Shown here in pieces: positions 36,201-45,204 of a stretch of 64,000 nucleotides of DNA. Made by a program: the position numbers and the translations under genes. The DNA is from Ascidiella aspersa (Eukaryota), in assembly GCA_963924565.1 (NCBI GenBank), contig OZ004614.1, forward strand, positions 9,734,001 through 9,798,000, in the 5' to 3' direction. The notes beneath the pieces are model-generated. The model did not search any database. It was not told the origin of the DNA and worked only from the letters and a program-made list of their open reading frames with translations. Numbering within the stretch: position 1 is the first letter of the stretch; each line of letters starts with the position of its first letter.

Positions 36201-37373
36201 AAGGCGGCAAATGTACGTACACAGTGCAAAATTACTAAAAAAATGTATATCTTACTTTGGAAGTTCACAGGTTCTACACTGGAACTGCCAAACACCAAGC
36301 CGGTGTTCTTGACAGGTTTGTTCTTTCGAAATTGGCTTCTTCTTTCGATGATATCCTTGATAGGAACATCTTTACCGGCACCATCGTTGTACACATATTC
36401 ACTGAGTGATTCTCTGGATATACAATCATAAAATACATTTGATAATATTTTCATTATGCCCAGAAGAATGAAAAAATTAATAAGGTTTTTTAAATCTTCA
36501 CAGAGTTGTACAAACTTCTGAATGGGATGTGCTATTTATTCTAAACATGACTACAACCTCCTAAGATTTGAAAAAAATTACATAATAAATGATTTAGTCT
36601 ATACTTTAACTTGCAAAGTAAGCCATGTCAAACAGCGTCAGAAAAAAAGAAACTATTTTAAATAACTCATCTTATAAAGGCTTAATATTAAATTCAAATT
36701 TAAAAAAGTCACGTATTTCCTCTTGATAGAGTAAATGTTTTTGCTGTTTGGACACAAGACAACACTACACAAAATTTTTTTGTTTTAATTTTGTTTTTTT
36801 GAATTGGTGTAATGATCAAAGCTGTTATTTTAAACCATTGTATTTCAAAGCTGCATATTGTGAGGATCCACACATAGACAGACAGACATTTAAGCACAAA
36901 TGGTGATTTTATTTGTGAAAAAACTTACCGAATAACTTTTCTTAGTTGCTCATAATCTTTGGTCTTGTATGCTAGTGATGCTGCATCAACCAAGGAGCCC
37001 TTTCCAGCAATAGCGAGACTTGTGGGTGGCTGAACTAGCTAGAATTTGAAAATATATGATGGTGCTTAAAATTACACATTTTGAAAGAAAAGTAACAGCC
37101 TAAGAAAATAATAAATCAGCACATTCTACAAGGTTTTAAAAAAGTTTCTTTTTAAGCATTTCAGTTTTTGTTTTGATTAAATTCTAGGAAATTAAATTTA
37201 GGCACAAATTCCTAAAAAATTGATAAAGTATGTAACTTAAGTGTCAACCAGTAAGCGAAACCTACCTCAAAAATTTTGTGTGTACCCTGAGCTTGGGCTT
37301 TTATACTTGTGGTTGCTCGTATGCTACTGTCCACATCCAAGGAATCACTGATTTTGGACAAGATAAATCCCAT
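20382..37373 (-). CDS. TRPV cation channel, Nanchung/OCR-like subgroup, ~738 aa
   Basis: 16 phase-consistent exons: 37373-37266, 37038-36929, 36413-36256, 35887-35747, 34561-34452, 32733-32594, 29988-29835, 29260-29172, 28269-28128, 27385-27167, 25726-25562, 25191-25013, 23682-23573, 22869-22724, 21460-21326, 20492-20382. Ankyrin motifs RGPLGETALH, YYGETCLHMAI, YWGEYALSFAVC, DTNGNNLLH and LTPLTLAAKL; S4-S5 FFFRGFKLLGPF...GDLLRF; pore TLGEFGDLY; S6 LLINVLIAMMG; TRP box WQRQWAKMVL. The last exon ends AAG-TAA overlapping a possible AA|gtaag donor, so one more short exon cannot be excluded. Confidence 0.93.
22967..23297. mobile_element. hAT-type MITE, AAGTC/GACTT-repeat family
   Basis: Termini cattgttgtaa...ttacaacactg; 8-bp TSD ctgtaagg/atgtaagg; internal gactt repeats. 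Confidence 0.8.
24742..24983. mobile_element. PIF/Harbinger-type MITE with internal (CTGAG)n
   Basis: TIRs AGGCCCGTTTACACTACAGCTG / CAGCTGTAGTGTAAACGGACCT, flanked by TAA on both sides (3-bp TSD). Confidence 0.85.
26099..26141 (+). ncRNA. Second minimal hammerhead motif (degenerate stem II)
   Basis: TACC-CTGATGA-A...C-GAAA-CG-TC-GGTA; stem I TACC/GGTA. Shares a downstream tail (~26196-26220) with the copies at ~26506 and ~34271. Confidence 0.5.
26410..26465 (+). ncRNA. Minimal type-I hammerhead ribozyme motif (Penelope/retrozyme-like)
   Basis: GCC-CTGAAGA-A-[GATTGCC cgaaca GGTAATC]-GAAA-CG-TT-GGC: intact core boxes, 7-bp stem II, stem I GCC/GGC extended by TTATA/TATAA, palindromic ACGT in place of stem III. 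Confidence 0.65.
26529..27166 (-). repeat. Intronic tandem repeat, ~3.7 units of ~160-175 bp, starting at the TRPV exon-10 donor
   Basis: Recurring aaaccaactgttctatag (~26558, 26720, 26878, 27051) and A-tract+cttac/ctcac (ending 26670, 26843, 27001, 27166). Confidence 0.9.
27624..28114. mobile_element. hAT-type MITE, AAGTC family
   Basis: Termini cagagttgtaa...ttgcaacactg; TSD gtgagtga/gtgagtgc. Confidence 0.85.
29003..29096 (-). mobile_element. tRNA-derived SINE head or tRNA pseudogene
   Basis: Minus strand has A-box TAGCATAGTTGG, B-box GTTCGAATC and a following T-run; the acceptor stem and anticodon arm are degenerate. Confidence 0.5.
33184..33748. mobile_element. Foldback/long-TIR non-autonomous DNA element
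   Basis: Near-perfect ~135-165-bp inverted arms (actgggcgaagttgacgcgctgg... / ...ccagcgcgtcaacttcgcccagg); perfect 8-bp TSD ggatatcg (33176-33183, 33749-33756). Confidence 0.9.
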
Positions 37374-39475
37374 ATCTAGCTAGTGGTACTCAAAGAAACA
37401 ACACAGCACTTTTAAAACTATTCATAGCACTTCAGTACTTCTGTAGTAGCCTGTCTTTAACATAGCAATATATTAATAGATAAATATTATCGCAGTTTAT
37501 TATATAATATAGTTGGATGGTCAGTTCAAAATAACAGCGTTCTAACGTCACTAAGTCTATGACTTGACTTAAGTGACTGTTTTTTTTTGACTTAAGTATT
37601 TTGGGGATGACTTGACTTTTATTCATTGATTTTGCCTTTTGTTTTTATGTGAATGACTTGACTTAGACTCAACTTGCTCTAATGTTGGAATTCAGTTACT
37701 ACACAAATGACCTGACTGTGCATTACGATAATTTATTACGAAACAACTTTATTGCAACACTGCTAAATGTAAAGCTAAATGTTTGAAATACCCACCTAAA
37801 TTACTTGCGCTAGTTTATAGGCACTATGGCAAAGCCTAAAGCCTGCTTTTGTTTACATAACGGAGATATGTTTGCTATCGAGGTACTACAATGCGCCTTT
37901 AGTATAGCTAAGTGAAGGAAATGTCGTAGTACCCGTATAACATCACAATACACAAGCTACGTTACTTTAGGGACGACGGGAAACAATACAGTGTATATCT
38001 CAGCTTTGCTGCAATTTAAATCGAAGTCATTTATTTTACTAGAAGGGTGATCTAAATCCTGACTATCACTATCGATGGCCCGTGGAACAACATTTACTTT
38101 TGTAAGCCTCTATGTCTATAAGTTTTCTGTTCCACGATATTTGCGTACCGCTGAACTCCCGATATCTTAAAAATAACCAATAAAAGCTAAAAAGGTCGTT
38201 TAATCAAATTCAAGAAATACTAGCACGGCAGTAGGCCTATACATCCACTATAATGTGTAGCCCGCAGAAAACTATTTTGCCTCTCCAGATGCTGGCATTC
38301 CTTCTTCACCCTGGCCTATATAACAAACTTCGTTTTTCCACATGTTTTTTTTTCTGTCAATGTGCATTCGCACGACGGAAAACATACGTCATTTCCGCTC
38401 GACGCTTTACCATTAAAATTTGAGAAGAACGCGGACGTTGTCTATAAAGCACAATCTGATGTTACAAACAACAGAAATAGGCACGGCGTGAATTTAGTCG
38501 ACCCTGAATTAATATTTCCGTGAAAAGCTTACACAATTTTTGCGTTAGATATATAGACATTTTGGCGCAGCAGTCGTTAACCAAGCAACCAAGCCCTAAC
38601 CATCGCATAGTGCTTCACACAACAACGCGGTCGTTGCCCTGTCTTCTTAAAGTTCGTGTTATCGAGAATGAAATGGGTGTTTGATTCACCCAAGACATTA
38701 TCACATTACGCGTGCTACAGTTAGCAACGCTGGACATCTCAGTAGCGCGGTTAGCGGACGAATTGTTTGACACCTCAAACTTAAATATACCTACAATCTG
38801 TGGCTTGTGATTAATATCAGGTTCTTTAAACCTATTTTGGATTTAATAAACATTTGTTTTCAAACCCTGGTGAAAGGCAGCGAAATGTCAAGCAGGGTGT
38901 TAAAACGTTTGAAAGTTTCGAGTTCAAGATTTTTTCAGAATCCGGTTAGTTCCGGTTTTGAGCTCAGGTTTGACCATAGTTATTTTAGAACCAGTATTTA
39001 TAGGCCTAAAGTTCTGTCCCAAGTCCAATATAACCCGCGTTTGATGGCTTGAAGCTAAATGTTATTTAATTAGAAAAACACACACGGCGTATTAAGTTAA
39101 AAATAGTTTCGTTTAATGCAGAGCAAAAAATTGACCAAAAAGTGGTGCGCCTCTCAGCACTAAGTTCAAAGTCTAATCTAATTCACAGTGCCAGAAAATA
39201 GGCTTAATTGTTACGCCTAAACCGCGATGTGTCATATACCCATGGATCACTTTGGCCTTGACCTAATTTAATTAAAAAATGTAATTTAATTTACTTACTA
39301 TTTAATCGATTGCAGGGTTTTCTATTCCATATATTGCTTAAATAGAATGAATTGATGCCAATTCTGAAAGTCATTATAACTTCACATTTTTTAACCAGCA
39401 GGATAAAAATAAGTGGAGGGCAAACACCATGGATCCTCATGGAAAACTTTTTTTCTCGATTTTTAATATAGAAGT

Positions 39476-40338
39476 CAGTGTTGTAAACAAGTCATTTTGA
39501 AATGACTTTAGTCCCAGTCAAGTCATTTGAAAAATAACACAAGTCCAATTAAGTCGAGTCTTTTGCAAAAATAACAAGTCAAGTTCCAGTCAAAGTCATC
39601 GGTTGACCAAGTCAAGTCCCGGTTAAGTTATTATGAGAGCAAGTCAGCTTTAAGTCATTTCCTTGACATAAAAATAAACTGCTAAACTATTAAAATTGGT
39701 ATACTCGTCATTATGAGCAACACATGAACTAAAAAAACTTAAGTCAGCGGTATGGTCCAGCTGCAGGTCCGCGAGCCTAGTTGCGCTTTATTGGCCCGCG
39801 AACTGATATTCAACTTTGCTGCAAATTTTGTTTTTTTGTTATTGTATTTGACCAAAAAACTTCGTAAATGATCCTTTGTGATTTCATAACTACCGTAGCT
39901 GAATAAAGGTGTACATTTCATAAAGTTAGTATATATGCCATAGGCCGGCGGTTCTTAATCTGGTTATCTTTTGAAACAAGATAACGTACTGTTTAAATCA
40001 AAGTGTCGAGCACGAGCAATTTGTTGTGTGGCCAATGCGAAAAGCCTCCTAAATTTACAGTTAGTGCCAATTCAACCAAATAAACTAAAAAAAAAATTTC
40101 GCGCTTGGTGATATTTAATTGAAAATGCCGAATTACTTTTTGTAGGGGGGGGGGGGGGAATTACCAAGGGGGCGGGTGAAAAAATGTTATGAACCAATGC
40201 CATAGGCTATGTATAATTTGCCAGCAATAAGCCTAAGAATCGCTATTTGAAAACGTTGGCCAGCAAGTTAAAAAATAAAATAGTTTTGGGCCCGCGATGA
40301 AAAGAAGTTGGACCACACTGACTTAAGTCATTACAACG
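39476..40338. mobile_element. Three nested hAT-type MITEs
   Basis: Outer AAGTC element 39476-40338 (TSD atagaagt/atagaaat); middle 39745-40320 (TSD acttaagt twice); inner 39946-40199 (TSD ccataggc twice). Confidence 0.85.
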
Positions 40339-40699
40339 ATAGAAATGCTAAAATGTTTTGGTTAAAAAGGATTGATTTATATAATTCATGGTGGTTCTCA
40401 AAGTGGAGCCCCCTACCGGAGGGGCCTGGCAAAATTTGGGTCATGCATGACTATAAACACATATTTTCATGACAAGTAGCCTATACTGTGTAGTATGGGA
40501 CTGACCATGTTTAAAAAGTTTGAGATATTTAGTAACTTCATTTTTTTCTTTGCTTCACAGTAGCCTATAATGTATTAAAGAGATTGTATGACTGGTTTTG
40601 ATTTTACTTTTGAGTAAAACAGAATAATCGAAAAAAAAAAAAAAAACAGCAATTCGTCAGGACTTTATTTACTCAATTTATCATTACGTCAACGTATAT

Positions 40700-41350
40700 G
40701 ATCATGTGAGCACTAGCTCGTGTGATATGCTTAAAGTGCACGTGTGAGTCTTTTAGGGCCACGTGCGCCAAAATAATCTATGTTAAACCCATGGTTGTGC
40801 AACCAGCCATAACAGCAATACGGGTTTACTTTGAAATCGGTTAAGGTTGTCGTTTTAAACAACAATTTTAAGGACATTTACGTTTTGGAGTTTGCCTTTA
40901 CTGGTTTAATTTACTGCTGTTAACATACATTAAAAAAAGTATTTTCGATGGTTAATTTAACACAAACACGAGCTTTTTAAAATGTGGGAAAACGGAAGTA
41001 AGCCTATCCATATTTTGGAGATACAGGCAAACATATTCATAGAAACTGTCGTAAGTCACTGGTAAATTATTTAAAAGAAATCAATTTATCCAGTTTTCTT
41101 TAAAGAAACTTCAATATTTACTGTTGTGATTTTGCTATATTGTAAAACAACCACGTGACTTATTTGTTTTGTGTTCGCACGTGACTTTGCTATTTACGTT
41201 TGCGTAAGCACGTGATCGGCATATGTGGCCTTTGCTGCATTCAGCCTTGTAACCGTTGCGCAATTTCGTTAAGACGGTTTCAGGTCTTGTGTTAGGACGT
41301 TTAGCACCCATTAGGCCTATAAAAACAATCTATTTCTCCAGTATTCGACA
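40700..41350 (+). promoter_or_regulatory. Candidate promoter of BLVRB paralog 1: E-box cluster, C/EBP-like sites and TATA box
   Basis: CACGTG at 40739, 40760, 41152, 41178, 41209; TTGCGTAA ~41200 and TTGCGCAA ~41256; TATAAAA 41318-41324. A donor (gtaagt ~41453) and an acceptor just before the ATG (cag|ccaaaATG, 42562) imply a non-coding first exon. Confidence 0.5.
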
Positions 41351-42567
41351 GTTGTACAGCTTTGTGTTAGTAAAATATTGACAGTTCCGCTTTGGGAAAA
41401 TGAGGACGCACAAGTTTTGAATTGTGGGCGTTGTCATTTCTGAAAGTAATATGTAAGTGAGCTAAAATTATTACCCATTATATATATTTGGGTTTTGTTT
41501 ACCGAAAAAAAAATATAAATAATAATTTTTAAGTGTATTTGGTAAGTTGAGCTGTGTAGCATTTTGCTTCACATTGTTACCGGGTTGAAACCTGGTGATC
41601 TAATTGCATGTGTTTATAAAAACTGTCAGCATATTGGCTGCTCGTGTTCTGTCAATTGTCCAGAATTTCCTGTTTTTCATTAGTCGTGTTGAAGCGTGTT
41701 GCCCCAAAAGTTAATTGCCGCCAGCTGGAATATATTATTTAAGTGATTTGCATTTATGCTAAAGCAGCAATATTTTAAACTGTTCCTGGACATAAATTAT
41801 TGTACGGATTGTAAGTACCATTTCTCATTTTGTTTATTCTCAATAAACAATTTTTTACTGTGGCTCATACCCATAACTGTTTAGTTTTATGCAGTACTGT
41901 ATGTCTGTGTTAACCTCAATATTTCTATTAGAAGAAAAATACATTCAGCTTTGTAACAACATCAGGTTTCTTCGGGACTTTTATCAAAATTTTTTTGTAT
42001 CGTCATTTGACAAATATTTGTTAAATCTGGTAGAAAATTCCCAATTTTTATTTATTAGAACAGGCCACAAACTTTTCGCTAGTGCCAAGTAAACTTTACG
42101 CGAGTGCAAGGAAAGGGTTTTCTCTTAATTCCTGTATAAAATGTTTGATTGTTCACTACACTGAATGAGGTATTCAAGGATTTTATTAAAATCTGTTTTA
42201 TTTTTTTCGTTGTTGCAATATAATGTTCGGTTTATTATTTAACGTATATAACAAAGCGGCCTATTTACCTGGCTAACATATTCTTTAAATCAACGTATAA
42301 TCACGAATGGTAACTGCGGAAACAGTCACTTCTAAAACAAAAATCACACCTAATTTGGGTTTAAGGTGTCTGTTTACATTTATTTTTTTATACAAAAGTA
42401 GGTTAAATACCAAACAACTCTTGTTTGCTTTTTTGGCTCTATTTGTGTTTACTGTTATCAATATGTTTTCTATCGGAAAAAAATCTGGTAACTTGTGCAT
42501 TAACAGCTTTAAAGTTTACTAATTAACCTGATTCTTATTTTTGTGAATTCCTCAACAATCAGCCAAA

Positions 42568-44086
42568 ATGAGATTAATAGTGTTTGGTTCAACTGGACAG
42601 ACAGGACGGGCTGTTTTAAGATTAAGCACAACAGACTCCGGTAAGTCTAATGTTTATTCTCTATTTATTTAAAACAATTGACATGTCTGATCTCTATGTT
42701 AACTTGTAGTTATACCAACCCTTTTTATCCATTTACCCTAACAGATTTTTTTTATCACATCACTAACACCTTTGCATTTTCAATCACCTTTGTAGTTTAA
42801 AAACAAGTATGACTTTTTTTAGATTGCAACGTTACTGCTTTTGTAAGAAAACCTTCCAAGATTCCCGACGACATTCGCAGCAAAGTTAAAGTTGTGGTTG
42901 GTGATGTCCATAATGTGGAAGATGTGAAAAATGCTCTGGGTGGACAAGATGCAGTCATTTCTTGCCTCGGTGGACCCATCTCCTTTTTTAGTAAGTATTG
43001 GAATTGACTTGATAAATGTATGTATTAAGTTTAAAATATCTTAATGTTTAACATTTTACAGCTCCTTTTTATGTGCTTTCTACTGGAATCAAACATGTTG
43101 TTGAGGGAATGAGAGAACATCAAATTAAAAAGCTAGCGGTTGTTAATAGTGGTAAGTTAGACAATTAACATCAACTTTAATTCAAAAATTAATTGAAATT
43201 GTTTATTTTTTGCATATTCTTGCCTGCCTAATTCACAACAATAAGGATCTTTCATTATTTTTTCAGGTTCATATATATAAGTTACAAAACTATTTACATA
43301 CTTTTCAATAAACATTAAAACAGAATATAACTAAATAAATTTCTCAGAAAGAAAAATAAATTTCTATTCTCATTAGCAATAATGACAAAATAGGAATGAT
43401 GTTTAATACTACCGTACTATGTAGGTTATATCAATTGATGAGCTGACTTTTTATTTTTAAGCTTTACACCTGCCTGGTAAATCTGTTCCCTTTTTTCTGA
43501 AGAACCAACTGGCAGACCACAAAAGAGCTATTGAAGTTCTTAACGACGCAAAGGATATTGAATGGACTTTGTTAATGCCACCTTTCATAAAGGATTTGCC
43601 AAACAGTTCAAACTATGATGTACGTTGGTATTTTTTGTGTATTCTTCTGTTCAAAGTATAAAACCTCTTTTGTCAACTTTTGTTTTGTAGCAGCCTGCCA
43701 CTTAAATCTAACAATTTTAAAGCGGCTGTCTATATACACAGTGAAACAATAAGCTGTATACAACAACTTACTTTGAATGTTTGAATGTTTGATTGTTCAG
43801 ACCATTACTTTTATCCATTTTGAGTAGATCAAAGTGTCATTTGACAGTAGTAAACATGCATTACACAAAAGACATTGTATAATAGGGTTTAAAATTCACA
43901 TATATAAATTTGTTGGTTTTTATAATAAAATATGTACTTTACTTTAAGGTTGCTATTGACAAGGTTCCAGGAAAAAATGTTGTGGGCACACTTGACATGG
44001 CGCATTGGATGATATCTTATATGAAAAACAGTGAAACTTCCGATAAATACCACCACCAAATGGTCGGTATATCGTCCAAATCATAA
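42568..44086 (+). CDS. BLVRB: Flavin reductase (NADPH) / biliverdin reductase B-like, paralog 1, 208 aa
   Basis: Exons 42568-42640, 42823-42990, 43062-43151, 43462-43619, 43949-44086(TAA). MRLIVFGSTGQTG (Rossmann), VTAFVR, VVVGDV, GQDAVISCLG, DH, MPP and DMAHWM match the BLVRB motifs; length is typical. Confidence 0.9.
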
Positions 44087-44708
44087 CTTCGTTTTTTGGT
44101 ATAAACGTTTTCGATTTGTTAAGCTTTACAGTTCACATTATTGTGTTTTTTGTGAATCAACCCGAAATAGTATAGTACTAAATTTCCCATGAATTCCAGT
44201 AAGGATAAAATATTCTTCACCACCCTTATACTATGTTATTGTAAAATTCTGTGTCAAAAATCACTTGTTTTATTGTCCTACTAAAATCGCTTTATATGTT
44301 AAACTCGCCCTTACCTCAATTGCATAAAGCTTATATTTTGCTGAAATATGTAGCTCTCTATCTAATGTGTTATTATGCATTTTCGTATGGGTTTTCAAAT
44401 CATGTTTTATGTACTTTATTGGTATCGTTTTCTATTTTCAGATGTTCTTAAAAGTGGCATATTAGAAACAATGTTAGTTGTACCTTGCCTTTTTTGATGT
44501 ATATATTGTTTTTTTACTTTATGACTCAGGCTCTAGTCCATGACAACTATTAGTTGTACAAAACTAATTTTGTTTAATATTATACTGCAGATTTTTACCA
44601 CAACATTGTTCATGAATTATTGAATTATTTAGTGTACATTTTTCTCTTTATGCACATTACGTGATTGAAGTCAAACAGTATTATTGACCACTCATACATG
44701 CTTTACAT

Positions 44709-45039
44709 CAGTGGTTCTTAAACTGGGGGGTGCACCCCCCCCCCCCCCCCCCCCTTGGGGAACGTGTGAGGTTCACAATTGGGCGCGAGAAATTGGCAAA
44801 CTCTGTATGAATTATGACTAAACATTAAGGCAAAGTGATATTTACGGCTACTAATCCTTGAATTAAACATTTGGTATCCAAAAAACTGTTCCATCCATCG
44901 CATTAATGCAACTTACCTGGAAAAAAATTGCTGTTTTGCTTGATGTTTTTTTTAATTTTTAAACAAGGTGGGCACGAGTTTTGTTAAAATTGTGAAAGTG
45001 GGGGGGCGTGTCTCAAAACGTTTAAGAACCACTCCACTG
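44709..45039. mobile_element. hAT-type MITE between the BLVRB paralogs
   Basis: cagtggttcttaaac...gtttaagaaccactccactg; perfect TSD ctttacat. Confidence 0.85.
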
Positions 45040-45204
45040 CTTTACATTGTTACAACTGTTCATGTCTGTGAAAAACACTTTGTAATAATTGCACCAGCGT
45101 ATTTCGCAATAGCGTCCAGCAATCATTGAATTCTTAATCTAATTCCAGGTTTAGGTTCCTTTTTTTAAATAAATAAATATTAAGGCTTAAAACAATCCAC
45201 TGTT

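Noticed and set aside
36176-36255. Extended TRPV exon 3 using the downstream gtaac donor (ORF 36176-36454)
   Set aside because: The strong donor at 36255 gives the right phase for exon 4; the extension would shift the frame.
37373-42568. Functional operon-like link between a nicotinamide-responsive TRPV and NADPH-dependent reductases
   Set aside because: Only adjacency supports it; BLVRB does not make or consume free nicotinamide, and eukaryotic neighbours are usually unrelated. Conserved synteny and co-expression would be needed.
44734-44754. Long C/G homopolymers (also 40144-40158) as functional G-quadruplexes
   Set aside because: Both lie inside MITEs of a related family, and homopolymer length is error-prone.
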